Source: Lepidodermella squamata (Eukaryota > Animalia > Gastrotricha). Taken from it: a stretch of DNA of 64,000 nucleotides. Under the pieces are notes generated by a model. It made no database searches, was not told the origin of the DNA, and saw only the letters and a list, made by a program, of their open reading frames with translations. Numbering within the stretch: position 1 is the first letter of the stretch; the number at the start of each line of letters is the position of its first letter. Position numbers and translations under genes: made by a program. The stretch is taken from contig JBLDXI010000036.1 in assembly GCA_047495785.1 (NCBI GenBank), forward strand, positions 620,001 to 684,000. The letters run 5' to 3'. Below are positions 46,856 to 59,028 of the stretch, piece after piece.

Positions 46856-49141
46856 ATGGCCCTACCGTTTTATCAATTGGCGGCATATCTTGCCATTCTC
46901 ATCGCACATTCAGTCAATGGGCAAAACACTAAATTGGAGATGTTTTTCGGCAACAGTGTAATCCAAGCTACCGATTCTACTAGTGACATTTGCCTACATA
47001 TTCAAAAGCTGATGATCGATATGGTCAACAAGCGGAGCGATATCTTGCCCGGCTACGAGTTGGTCGCCGTTAACCAAGACGAAGGACCAGGTAGTTTTCT
47101 GCTAACCCGCCGGGTCATAGAATTCTACAGAAACCCGCCCGCTAATAATTCAGTCAAATCGCCCGTAGTCTGCGCAGGAGGCTACACTGCTGGATGTAAA
47201 TCTCTGGCACAAATTTCCCACCACTCGAATTTGGTTGCTATCGCCCCAGTTTGTTTATCTCCGACGTTCACGGCTAATCGGGCATTGTTTCCCAATTTCT
47301 ACCGTATCCGTCCGTCAGGCGAGTCATTAGCCCTGCCTAGGCTCAATTTCATCAAAAAGCTCGGTGGGTGGCAAAAGATCGCGATACTAGCTAATGCCGG
47401 CTCCACGATCGTCAATTTTCACGTTGCATCACACTTTTACGATCTGGCAGTTAAAAATGGCGTGGAAGTTGTACATTACGATGCTACTTTCGAATTGAAT
47501 GACGACTTGATATGGGGATTGAAGCATTCAGGTGCAAGGGTGATTGTCTATGAAATTTTTGATTCAACTGGTGCTATGCTGTTTCTCTGTAAATGCTTCA
47601 CTTTTGGCTTGACTGGGCCTCGGTACGTTTTTATCATGCCTGGTAACGCCTATGAGGATCAAATACAAGGAAGTACAAGGCCGGACGTTATTGGTCCGGG
47701 TTGTACCAAAGCAATTGTACAGCAACAGCAGAAGTCAACAGTTTTCATTGGATCAATATGGACTAGTTTTGGCGTTGAAAACACGGGTAAAACAAGTCTT
47801 GGTTTTGATGCGAAGCAGTTTGATCAGATGCTTGATAAGGCAGTTCCTGGTGCGAGGAACTTTTCCAACTACGGCAAGCGTTACCTCTGCCATGATCAGT
47901 ATCTTCAAGCCATCCTAACGCTAGACGGGGCTGAGAAGATTCTGAAGACGAATAATATGTCCCTCAAGGATTACAGTAACCAGCCAGAGATAGTAATGAG
48001 AGCAACGAATGAAAGTGCGGCAGCTATCAAGTTTTTAGGCTTCAGAAGGGGAGCTATCGAGTATTCTAAAAGGCTGGAAATGGATTCGGAGCCTCTGTAC
48101 ATCGTCCAGTGGATCCCAGAGGAAAGCAGGGCTCGGATCAACTACGAAATGACTCTTCGGGAGAACAAAACAAACATGAGTGATGTCTCGAGCTATATTG
48201 TTCGCAGCTTTGAATCTTACATTTGGTACACGGAGACAAAGCAGCCCCCAGCTGATTGGCCAGGCGAAGAAATCGACATAATCCACGTCCCGTATGCTTT
48301 TATGATCTTTGCTTGCGTCTTCAGTGGGGCAGCAACACTCGCCCAGCTGTTGGCTTTGATCTCGAATTGGGGCATTTATAAGATCGTTTTCACCCTGGCT
48401 TGCATGTTACTCAACGCAGCTTCAATCTTGTTCGCGCTGAATGTTCACACAACGGTGGTTTGTAACGCTAAGTATATTTCCCTAGCTATCGGAGGAACCG
48501 TCGTTCATTTGGTTCTCTATCGCAAGTTGGCATCACACGTGACCACAAAGCGCCGAGCCACTATATTTTCCTATGATTTCAAATCAATGATTTTCCCTAG
48601 ACCTCCGGCTACAACACCCCCAGTGATTAACAGAGGCTCTAAGCGGATGCGATCTCTGTTCGCCAATTTTGTACCAATGATTGTCCTTGTCACTAGTCTA
48701 TCCTTATTAGCAGCATGGCTCGGCGAAAATCAAATGGAAACACGCATTAAGCTTGTGCAAAGCGAGTATTTGTATGAACGTGACGTCTTGCGCCAAGTGT
48801 ATATCGAGATATGCGAGGCTAGTGATGTCAGGGATTTGAAATTCATGATGGCTTTAGCTGCGGTCGACCTAATTCCTGCAAGCGTGTCTGTTCTCCTAGC
48901 CATAGCCATTGCTAAGGTCGAATTGCCGGAGATCAAGCGGTATCGCATGGCCTCACTCATCAACTTGCCCTTAGTCATTGGGGCGATTTTCGTTATTATT
49001 GTGTCGACTAATTACTATGTAACCCAACAAATTGTAGCATCCCTCACATGTTTGAATATTTCAATTCTGACCAGTATTTTTGTACTTTTCTCCGATAAAG
49101 CTGTTGCGATCGTCCGCCGATTGGTTGCATATATAGTTTGA
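46856..49141 (+). CDS. GABA-B-like class C GPCR, copy 8 (intact, intronless, 761 aa)
   Basis: Full-length paralog; AATAAA at ~49166. Confidence 0.92.
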   Translation: MALPFYQLAAYLAILIAHSVNGQNTKLEMFFGNSVIQATDSTSDICLHIQKLMIDMVNKRSDILPGYELVAVNQDEGPGSFLLTRRVIEFYRNPPANNSVKSPVVCAGGYTAGCKSLAQISHHSNLVAIAPVCLSPTFTANRALFPNFYRIRPSGESLALPRLNFIKKLGGWQKIAILANAGSTIVNFHVASHFYDLAVKNGVEVVHYDATFELNDDLIWGLKHSGARVIVYEIFDSTGAMLFLCKCFTFGLTGPRYVFIMPGNAYEDQIQGSTRPDVIGPGCTKAIVQQQQKSTVFIGSIWTSFGVENTGKTSLGFDAKQFDQMLDKAVPGARNFSNYGKRYLCHDQYLQAILTLDGAEKILKTNNMSLKDYSNQPEIVMRATNESAAAIKFLGFRRGAIEYSKRLEMDSEPLYIVQWIPEESRARINYEMTLRENKTNMSDVSSYIVRSFESYIWYTETKQPPADWPGEEIDIIHVPYAFMIFACVFSGAATLAQLLALISNWGIYKIVFTLACMLLNAASILFALNVHTTVVCNAKYISLAIGGTVVHLVLYRKLASHVTTKRRATIFSYDFKSMIFPRPPATTPPVINRGSKRMRSLFANFVPMIVLVTSLSLLAAWLGENQMETRIKLVQSEYLYERDVLRQVYIEICEASDVRDLKFMMALAAVDLIPASVSVLLAIAIAKVELPEIKRYRMASLINLPLVIGAIFVIIVSTNYYVTQQIVASLTCLNISILTSIFVLFSDKAVAIVRRLVAYIV

Positions 49142-49914
49142 AAAGGTCATTGAAATATTAATCGAAATAAATCTCGATTAATGGAGGCTACGATCTATAT
49201 CGCTGCTCTTTCGTCAATGTTAAGCTTAGATTTTGAAGATGAGCCACCCGTAAAAGTCCGGTTTAGAGAAAGTCCGGTTTAGACAACTTTCACTGCATTT
49301 GAGGCTTACGCGAAAATGAAGTGCGCTGGGTTTAGGCGTGATTTGTAGCTGATCTTACGCTTAAAACTAAATAGTGCCAGCGATCCGACTAGATCCAGCT
49401 CTGAGGGGGTAAATCGAGCATTTTAAATTCAAAATTTGCAAATCAACAGGGGGACCCTTACGTATTTCAGAAATTTTCGAAGGCCAGGGGGGCTTTCACG
49501 GCTCTCTTGCAGGGAGACTCAAAATTTACGAGACAAGCACCGATTTCGAATTTCGATATCAAAATATGCCTTCATGAGAATACAGGAACACACACTCCCT
49601 CTCTCTCTAGTGAAACAAGATTTGAATGTTTTTCAACAAAAAACCTAGTGATTTGGTTGCTAATGAAAGTTTTATGTTTTTTTAAATTGAAAAATGAAAC
49701 ATTACAATATAAAATGTGTTAACGTTTACCCCATCGCAGGCTCAACTGCGGGCTCAAGGCTCAATTAATACTTTAAGGTTCGCCGAAAAGGGGATGACCA
49801 GTGTACACCCCAGCTCGGCCAGACCGCACAAGTAAATGCAAATTTAGTCCGCTGTTGAAAAATCAATAGGTCGGAAAATCGCTTTTGCCCTTGTTGATCT
49901 TTCCGGCTCTAACC

Positions 49915-50174
49915 GTAGCACCTGGAAGCTTTTAATATTTATTTTCAAATTATCCGTGCTTGCTATAGTGAAGAAATAATCTTTTAGAGAGATGATATCC
50001 ACAGAATGAGTCTCAAGAGATTTGAATCAGTCAACTTGAGTTAGGGTGATTTAGGGTGTCACATTGACCTACAACCCAATTTCGTCAAATGACTTTGGGC
50101 TCTTAAAGATAATTTCATTACTAAATCAAGCACCTAGGATTTAAAAATCGATATTATAAGCTTCCAGGTGTTAC
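49915..50174. mobile_element. MITE
   Basis: TIR GTAGCACCTGGAAGCTTTTAATAT / ATATTATAAGCTTCCAGGTGTTAC. Confidence 0.6.
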
Positions 50175-50928
50175 ATCATCAATCATCAATAAATCAATAG
50201 AACCCAATCATATACCCAAGCCGGCATTTAGACTCTACAGGTTTATTTTAATGTTTTCGCCTCCACCTGCGCTAAATTCGAATTATTTTCAAAAATCGAT
50301 AGCATAAATGAGCCCCTATTTAACATTTCGACTTCCGGGTTTTTATTAGCAGAAGTTCTCTGTCTAGTTCACGGTTCATCTCCTGGGCTCGAATGGATAA
50401 TTTGCAACAATTTTCTGAAATTGACGTATTCCGGTAAAATTGCGATTTTTCTGCCGCGGTTAGCTTCTTCAACAATTTAATCAAAACAAGAGCCCGGTAG
50501 AATTATTGCTGTTCAGTGTTCAAAATTATCCCTATATCTATCCATGCGCGTGAAGTTAGCGGACCAGTTTCGCGCGGTCCAAGGTTAATGCATAATATAC
50601 ATATTTTCCACCTGTCATTATGGTTGCTTATTTTGAGATAAAATTTTTGGCGATGTTGAATATCATGGAAACCAGTCTTAACCATGGACCGCAGCTAAAA
50701 AACGCATACTGGACCGCAATTTTCACAAAAATGCCATTTTTATGAAATTTGCGGTCCATTCACGTGCGGTCCATCATTTCCGGGCTATTATCATGGCATA
50801 ACGAGATTTCGATGTTACCAGGGCGACCTAGAGGCTGTCTTTATTGGTTTCCGCGGTTAGTTTTTAGTTTTAAGTGTTTATTGAGTCATTTAGTATAGTT
50901 AGTTGCTAGTCCAAGTCTAGTCCACGTT

Positions 50929-52292
50929 TCAAATTGAGAGTACAACGTCGTAGTGCGCTTTGTTGATGACGCAGTAGATGGCGCGCTCGTCGTTGTTCAT
51001 TGGCTGGCTCTCGAAGTCGCCCTGTGCAGCAAACCGGCGCCACTCGATTTCGACCGAATTATCTTGCTCACCACCGAATACGTAAATGGTGGTTTTCAGG
51101 AATCGCGCTGCAGCATATACCTCGATGAATTCGGCGAATGTAGACTTGGAGCGCATACGCGTAGCCTCGACGTAGTTGCTCCCGTTTTCGCGGTGTTGCT
51201 CAGGTAATGGCAAGAGGTGTCCATTCTCCTCAATGAATTTGCAAATTTTCTCCCTTAACTATCAGATACAATTTCAAATTACAAAGTAAGTGTAATCAAA
51301 TTAAAATCCTTACCATCAAATGATGGTCCTGAGTACCATAAACCCAGTAAGACAGCATCCTGAAGAAGCAGGCGCCATCGCCGAGCATGGAAACAGTTCG
51401 CCGCGGAGGACTGCTTCTCGGCGACATACTGCAGATCGCTGCTAGCTCAGGCTTGATTTGAACCGTAACCTGCCCGCCCAACATATTGGCTGTTGACAGC
51501 TGCCACTCGTGATTGACCGGGTGGAAAAGAACCATACCGAGGGGAATGACGGCAGGCAAACTCGGTTCTGGTGTTGCCGAACCCATTGCTATAAAGCGAT
51601 TACTCATTTACAAAAGCCGAAGCTGGTTACAGTTAAATCAGTTACTGAATGCAAGTTGCTGTCTTGCAGCCATCGAACCAATCGAAGAAGGCCGAACAGT
51701 GGCAGGGCTGGGAGACGTTGCTGAACAAATCGAAGAAGGCAAATTGGGCAAAGAAGGCGGAACAGTGGCAGGTCTGGGAGACGTTGCTGAACCAATCGAA
51801 GAAGGAAAATTGGGCAAAGAAGGCGGAACAGTGGCAGGTCTGGGAGACGTTGCTGAACCAATCGAAGAAGGAAAATTGGGCAAAGAAGGCCGAACAGTGG
51901 CAGGTCTGGGAGACGTTGCTGAACCAATCGAAGAAGGCAAATTGGGCAAAGAAGGCGGAACAGTGGCAGGTCTGGGAGACGTTGCTGAACCAATCGAAGA
52001 AGGCAAATTGGGCAAAGAAGGCGGAACAGTGGCAGGTCTGGGAGACGTTGCTGAACCAATCGAAGAAGGAAAATTGGGCAAAGAAGGCGGAACAGTGGCA
52101 GGTCTGGGAGACGTTGCTGAACCAATCGAAGAAGGAAAATTGGGCAAAGAAGGCCGAACAGTGGCAGGTCTGGGAGACGTTGCTGAACCAATCGAAGAAG
52201 GCAAATTAGGCAAAGAAGGCGGAACAGTGGCAGGGCTGGGAGACGTTGCTGAACAAATCGAAGTAGGCGAATTAAACAGTGTACAGAGTGGT
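50929..52292 (-). CDS. OTU-family cysteine protease with a Pro/Ser-rich 22-aa repeat region; 5' exon(s) not identified
   Basis: Exons ~52292-51646, 51588-51314 and 51258-50929 over GT-AG introns of 57 and 55 nt. Catalytic GDGACFFRMLSYWVYG and HYD motifs are intact. Confidence 0.75.
51671..52265. repeat. 66-bp minisatellite, about 9 copies
   Basis: Unit ACCAATCGAAGAAGGMAAATTGGGCAAAGAAGGCSGAACAGTGGCAGGTCTGGGAGACGTTGCTGA; the minus frame gives SSIGSATSPRPATVPPSLPN(F/L)P. Confidence 0.95.
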
Positions 52293-52837
52293 CTGAAAAA
52301 TAGTGAAGAATGCGCATTTGTTCAAATAATTGCGTTTTCAGCTAATGATCACCAGGCTAATCAATCTCTTCAATCTATTGATTATCTGCAATTCAATGGC
52401 GCACATCTGATTAGCCAATATCGAGAGAAAAATGAAAATCAGTCCTAATAATGTATATGGTATTATTAAAACGAAATTGTAATTTGTAATATTGATTAAA
52501 AGAGGAGGGTCAAACAGTGAATAACAAGTTCAGCGATACCTTACATAGGCTCTTTACATTCTTCGTCTACCGAAGAACTCAAATTAATTCAGAAGTTCAA
52601 ATATTTCGTAAAATACGGTTTACGTGGCTCCTTTTCCTAGATCCGCGCCTTCACCTTCACTTCTATACCTCACCTAACTAGGCCAGATAATTGAAGGTAT
52701 GAAAAGGCATATTATTTCCGTTTCTAAAATATTTTTATCAGAAGCAAAATTCGGGCTTGGGTGAGGACCCTTCATTTACTAATTTTTTTTAAAAACTCCA
52801 ATTTCCATTTAAAAAGGTTTCAAACAAATGAAAAAAA

Positions 52838-53287
52838 CCGTACTGCCCGAATTGTTGAGCCTGTCTTTTATTGTTTTCAAACCAAGTCAAACCCCCGTCT
52901 TATAATTGAGACCGCCCTTTATTTGAGGCCTGACCTTTATTATTTCGAACCCTTCTCGACATTACGTCTTACAAGGCTTTGCAACTACCGCCAGATAGGT
53001 ACTCGCTGCCGATCAGCAGGAACTAAATTCGTTGAGTAAACATGTTACGCAACAAAGCAAACAAACCGCGCGATAGTTTTAGGCTAAGGTGTGTCGAAGC
53101 AGAGTGTTGAAGCTTTTTCCGCTGCTTTCCACTTAGACACCCGCCGCTTGATAGTGTTGAATTGTTGAATTGCTGAAATTAATGCGTTCGAGACCTGACC
53201 ATTATTTGAGGCCTGACCTTTATTATTTCGAATGACCCTTGGACCCCGTCTTATAATTGAGGCTGACTAACTTTTCGGGCAGTACGG
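52838..53287. mobile_element. Tc1/mariner-pogo-type MITE (CCGTA termini)
   Basis: TIR CCGTACTGCCCGAA / TTCGGGCAGTACGG followed by TA; internal subrepeats tatttgaggcctgacctttattatttcgaa and ccccgtcttataattgag each occur twice. Confidence 0.75.
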
Positions 53288-53350
53288 TAGCTGAAAGAGA
53301 AAGGATCTCTAACTACAGCGTAGCTACAAGGTTAATGTGCCCATCACATG

Positions 53351-53459
53351 CAGGGCGCGAAGTACGGCGGGTCTAGGTGGAAAAACCCCAAAAAACCACA
53401 GGGGGACCCTTGAGTCATAAAACTAGGCCCCTAGTTCGAGGATGCTACTTCGCGCACTG
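53351..53459. mobile_element. hAT-type MITE (same family as 16500-16664)
   Basis: TIR CAGGGCGCGAAGTA / TACTTCGCGCACTG with 8-bp TSD ATCACATG. Confidence 0.85.
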
Positions 53460-53759
53460 ATCACATGATTGGCATCATTCAATTAATTATATACTACGAT
53501 TCGCAAATCTTAAGTCGTAGCTTCAACAATAGTTTTTGTTACACCACAATGTAGTCGAAGCGCTGAGTGCAGGCAAATTAGGCAAAGTTGCCGAGGCAAT
53601 TTTTGAAAATCTAATTTCTTCTTCATTTTAATTTTTCAAGCACAAATTTAATTTACATGCAGCAAAAAAAGCAAAATTTGAATTTCTTGTCGTTTGCTTT
53701 TCTAGGGGGAGGGGGGCTAAAATCGCACCCTGAGTTTTTAAAGACAGTTGCCCTGAGGC

Positions 53760-56700
53760 TTACTTGAGCAGAGTCACAACATCCTTTCTATTGTTCAGTC
53801 GCGCCAAATCTAAAGCAGTTTGTTTCGAATAGTTTCTCCTATTGACCTTAACCGCGCGTGAATTCTTGAGCAGCTTCACAATGTTTCGACGGCCATCTCG
53901 AGCCGCTAGCATGAAAGCTGTATTCCCCTCATCGTTCTTTTGATCGACGTCAACCTCGCCCGTATTCTTGAGCAGCTTCACGATCTTGCGATAGCCAGCT
54001 TGAGCCGCTAGCATAAACGCCGTGTTTCCGTCATTATTCACTAGATTGACGTCAGCTCCACCAGTAATCCTGAGCAGGTTGAGGATCACGCGATGCCCAG
54101 CTTGAGCCGCCATCATGAAAGCCGTATTCCCCTCCTTGTCGGCCAAATCGATTGTAACCAACCTCTTTCGATGGAATATCAACAGAACGATCACGCATTC
54201 CGCGTGCCCGTTGATACTAGCTTCGTGAAGCGCTGTTCGCCCCGCTGAATTTTTCTTATCCGCCAAGGCTTTGACGGCTAAAAAGCCGTCACCACCCAGG
54301 CTATTCACGAATCTGAATTTAGCCTCTAGTAATTCATCCAAAACAACGTGATAGCCCTGTCGACAACACGCGTGGATGCACGTATCGCCATTTGACACAT
54401 GATCCATTTGACCCATCAACCGAGAACTCCATTGATAGTTAAGGAGACCTAGGCTTTGCTGTCTTTCACGGGTATACCATAAAGTGATAATCAGGTCTGA
54501 ATCATCACCTGTAAGGCAGGCATCGAAAAAAGACTAGAAAAACGGTAATTCAGGGCTCAAAATTCGTCAAGGAATGTTGGCGAACCTTGTACGTTGCTCT
54601 CATCCATTCGTCTCGCTGTTTTTTAGCAGCCTTGCGCTCGCGTTTCGCTGTCTAGTTGAAAATACGATATATGACAAATATTATTCTAGGCCTCAGAGGC
54701 ACATAATCCTCATAATTCGGATTAGTTCCGTCCATGGATAATAGTAGAGATCGGACGCTTGCGATCTTCCCGTAGTGTCAAAATGTTTAAGGTGCGTCAA
54801 TGTGCGCCTAGCTAAATGCAAGTAAAATTCTTGTAATTAGAATTCTATTATGATTCATCCCTGAGGATTCCTTCTCTTCTCTTTGGTGTTAAAGCGAAGC
54901 TAGCAGACTATTTATCCCAATCTCTGAGCTCTACAGTGAAAATCAAAAGTTACGCACGGTCAGGAATTTGTTGAGTTAAAACTAAAAACATCTCGCACGC
55001 GCCCGAACTATTCTTAGCTCCAAGCTTGGGTTAAAATCAGCTTTAAATAAAAAAAGTAACTCGGACATACCAAGAAGTTTTAATAGTTGTAAAAAATACG
55101 AATATTCATAAGGTGCTAATTAATATTCCGAAGCCCTCAAAGCTGATAATCATGTCAGAAAAATTCCGAAAAAATTATTTTTGTCGACACCTTATTTCAA
55201 CTGCTCAATTTTTTCTGCATTTTCGGCACTTAGCTAAGAATGTCCTAGTTTCATGACAGATGAATATATTCATAATATTCTTGAAAATTACCCCCCCCCC
55301 CCTCCCTCTTATGCAGCACGTGCGAAAGAATAGTGTCGCCTCAATTCCACCGTGCGGATCGTTTGATTGTCACTGTTCAATCGCACAGTAAAACAAAATT
55401 GTGTCAAAGCATTATATAGGCATACCCATGCAATGCAAGAATAAATGTTGTAGATTTTAGATTTAGTTTATGCAGATTTAGGTAACCTTACCCTATATTT
55501 GAAAAGCTTAGTGAACATGGAGAATGAGAATCAATTTTCTAAATTGATTCATCATTGTGGAGCTTTCTGTCCTGAAGTAAGTAATCAGTAATCGACAAAT
55601 TTGGATCTTCGTGATTTTGTGAGGTACTTTACGAATATCCAGGGGACCTTGTAAAGGCCCTGGGAAGAAGAGCCTGGTCTCGTTTGAAAGAGCGCTTAAA
55701 GTTGCAGTAGAATCGAAATTATCAAAAAAATAGAAAAAATAACTTTTTTTCAAGGAATTGAGTCAAATGAGCCGATTTTGCATTCATTTAGCTGGGCGTT
55801 CATGGCTCAACTAAAACGCAAAAATGTGGCTTTGTCACTATGTTTACTATTATCTATGGTTGCGTTTGGAAATTTTGTATAAGCCCCGGCTGCTATTTCA
55901 GCACTGAGTGTTAGCAATAATTCTCACCTCAAGTCGTCCCATCAAAGCAGTGATTTCTTCGTTTAGAGCTTCCAACCCCCGCCTTGCTTCATCAGCCCGA
56001 GCAGTCTGGTAAGCCAAGTGGGTCCTTATAGCATCAAGCTGCGAAAAACGGCACTAAATATTGAGTGTTAACAAATGTAGTGAATCTACCTCATCATGGT
56101 GTCTCCGCATTCGCTGGTGGATGTAGCTGAAATTAGCAGTCATCGCTTGTATTTCTGGGACGTTGAAGTAGCCGCATGTCATGATTTCATTCATAGTGCT
56201 ACGCTCGCTTTGATTTGCGACCAGAAGCTTGTTAATAATCATATCGTGCAACTGCGGGTCTTCGATTCGCAAAGGTTGCTGTCCGGTTCGAAGCGCATCG
56301 AAGCTTTACGATACAAGGAGGTTACACATGTTTAGTGGGTGTTGACGAAATATGTTACTCTTCTTGGTTTAAGATGCCAGTCAGATTTATTCGCGCCAAG
56401 GCATTTATGTGCCAAGGCAGCTCAAGAGTAGCTAGTTCAAAAGCAATTATGCCAAACGCCCAGCAATCGACGCTAGGATCAATCGTAAAACCAGCTGTCA
56501 TGAGGAATCTCTCCGGAGCCATGTAACGGTGCTTGCGAACCATCCAGTTTTCGGAGAGACGGCACTGCGAGCTTTTGAAAAAGAGAACATTTCAGTATAT
56601 GGCGGCCAACTTGGTCAACTAGGTCTTAGCTCAAAGGAACTCGTTACCTAGTCGTACCTAGTAGACCGTACCCCCCAACTTGAAAGGTCCAGGTAAGAAA

Positions 56701-58303
56701 ACCACAGGGCAGTGATCCGAGAAGGATTTGGTCTGAGGGGGATAAGGCAATTTTCTTAACAAAAAATTCGCTCGCGAACGCTAGCGCGTTCGCTCGCATT
56801 GATCACTGGTTCGAGGATGTTTATAAGGAGCATAATCATCTCTACTTTTCATACTTTCATTTTGCTGATGACTCACTGATACAGAATTTACCCCTTCGGA
56901 TTGTTAAGGGGGATTATGTATTGAAAAAAGCAGCTTAAAGAGGTTTTTTATGGAATTTTTATTTTTTCAATTTATAATAGGGCCGTGAAAGCAGACAACC
57001 GAACAATTTTGTTTCATTATAAATTGAATCTTTATTTCTCAATAAGGAATCACGGCGAAGCCATGTCATCTAGGGTAACTTTTCACGGGGAATCCATTGG
57101 TGATGTCTATTTTCTGATATTGGCAACTCTTTATCGATTGTCAAATATCGATTATCGATTTCGAAGTGATTTCTTGATTTTTTTAAGCGATCAAAGTGAC
57201 TTGTTACTTGTTACTTAGTGGAAAAAGATGGAATCATGGAAAGGGGAATTTCCTTCAACAAGGCTGAGTTTTCGACGTCTATTCCACTAGAAAACCATGA
57301 TTCTGCTGGTTTCAAAATGGGCCAATTTTTCCAAAATTTTTAGCTCCAAGGGGGTAAGCTTATCCACTTCAAAGTTTCATCGCAGCTCTCTGGGGGATCA
57401 TTCTTCCCCCTTAGCCCCCGGTCTCGGAACACCGCCACAGGGTGGACCCTTTGGTCTGGTGGAATCAGAGTTGAGAAGATACGCGAAAGTACCCCCCAGC
57501 TCGAGGACCCTATTTCTTACACTGTATACCGGCTATTCACCAAAATAAGTATCAATGAATGGGCTTACGCTGCTGTCAGCCTGGCAATGCCGAAATTCGC
57601 GACTTTCAAGCTCTTGTCGGTTGTGATGAGAATGTTTTCCGGCTTTAAATCCGAATGAGTGATGCCCATGTCATGGATGTAGGCGATAGCGTAGCCCAGC
57701 TCAGCCAGCCAACGCCTTCGCAACTCCGGTTCGAGCTGCTCGCGGTTGTTGGCACTGCGCCTATTAAGCTCACTCCTCAAATCACCTCCGCCACAGTACT
57801 CGAGTTCCATGATCCAGTAGTCGCCATCTGTAAAAGATTGCATACAGCTCTAAAACAGTGGGCATAGTAGGATCTTCAAACTACGGGGCATTTTCGGGCC
57901 CTAATTCTATGACCAAGGGGTTCTTTTTGGTGTTTTCCACCTAGACCTATCGAACTGGGGGGTTCATTCTCCAAGTACTTGGCGCCCTGGTGCATTTCGA
58001 GTCTAAAAATTGTGACCTGTTCTCACCTTGAAAAGCATTGAAAATCCTGACGATATTAGGGTGGCTCAACATTCGTAGCGACTGCGATTCCCTCAGCAAA
58101 TATTTCTCCCGGGCGGTGAATTCTGCGCGAGGAAGTCGCAGCCTCTTGATAGCAACCAGATGCTTCGCCTCAGCCCGGAAAATCAGCCCATCATTCTGAC
58201 CGCCATCTAAGGAACTGCCCAGGAATTTATATCTAATTGCATTCCCTGCCTGGCTGTTGGTAATTGGTACAGGCAAGGCGAAATTTTGCGCCATTTCAGA
58301 CAT
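53760..58303 (-). CDS. Kinase-like domain + coiled coil + ankyrin repeats (RIPK4/ANKK1-like layout), about 637 aa, 7 exons; likely pseudokinase
   Basis: Exons 58303-58027, 57827-57569, 56571-56359, 56303-56090, 56038-55928, 54651-54586, 54533-53760 (1914 nt, phases consistent). Motifs VAIK, HPNIV, LEYCGGGDL, HSDLKPEN, ANFG, YMAPE, DCWAFG; ankyrin G(R/N)TA(L/F)xxA repeats. Confidence 0.85.
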
Positions 58304-58628
58304 AAACTGTATAAAAACTGGACACCATCATAAGCTATTATGAGCCAGATTATTCGGCATATCCTAGAAAAACAGGATCGTATCAGCTGATGCAATGTTG
58401 TCGAAATTATATGGGACGCAGTATTTAATGATAGTATTATCTATATATTACTACCACCAACAACAGCTTATCAGTACTGTATAGCGAGGAACACCAGTCA
58501 GTAGTGGGCGTCGTCAACAAGTAATTGGCCGGCCCATACCGCGTACATCAGGCAAGAAAACAGGATGTCTAGATAAGAAAACCGCTTAATCCACATGATA
58601 GTTCAAGGTTGAAATCAAAGATGAAATT

Positions 58629-58684
58629 AGCGCCTCTCCGGGGGGACGGATGCGATAGAAATTCGGGAACAAGACTCGAATTGC
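58629..58684 (-). pseudogene. Tiny GPCR remnant (RVLFPNFYRIRPPGEAL)
   Basis: About 50-nt match to the VFT motif. Nearby 58752-58785 resembles the upstream region of copy 6 (39181-39215). Confidence 0.6.
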
Positions 58685-59028
58685 TAATTCGTGATGGGCA
58701 GGATATTTTGTAGAAAAGCGTACACCATCGTCAATTAACTGTAAATGCTTGAAAGATGGCCCAAAATATGCGGCAGCAACAAACTTCTTGAGTGACCTTC
58801 TCAAGGTAGCCTTAGAATCGATCAAAAAATCACGTTTGTACGAGGAAGCAGGAAACTGTAACGGGATCATCTTTCTCCCTCGGGTCATAGAATTGAATTA
58901 TTATCAAATACCGAAAAATTCACGAAAAAATTAAATAGAATTCCCTATCCTGGCTCCCGGCTAGAAACGTAGCGAGGATTAAAGAGATTAGTTTTTTATT
59001 TACTTTGACGACAGATGTTGGTTACATT

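Noticed and set aside
8306-49141. Calling the receptors GABBR1/GABBR2 orthologs or receptor guanylyl cyclases
   Set aside because: No coiled-coil tail and altered ligand motifs; seven TM segments and no kinase or cyclase domain.
51671-52265. CRISPR array
   Set aside because: Head-to-tail repeats with no unique spacers, in a eukaryotic context.
51513-52448. Plus-strand 311-aa and 186-aa ORFs and the minus-strand Leu-rich 237-aa ORF
   Set aside because: Open only because the 66-bp unit lacks stops; splice sites support the Ser/Pro-rich minus frame linked to OTU.
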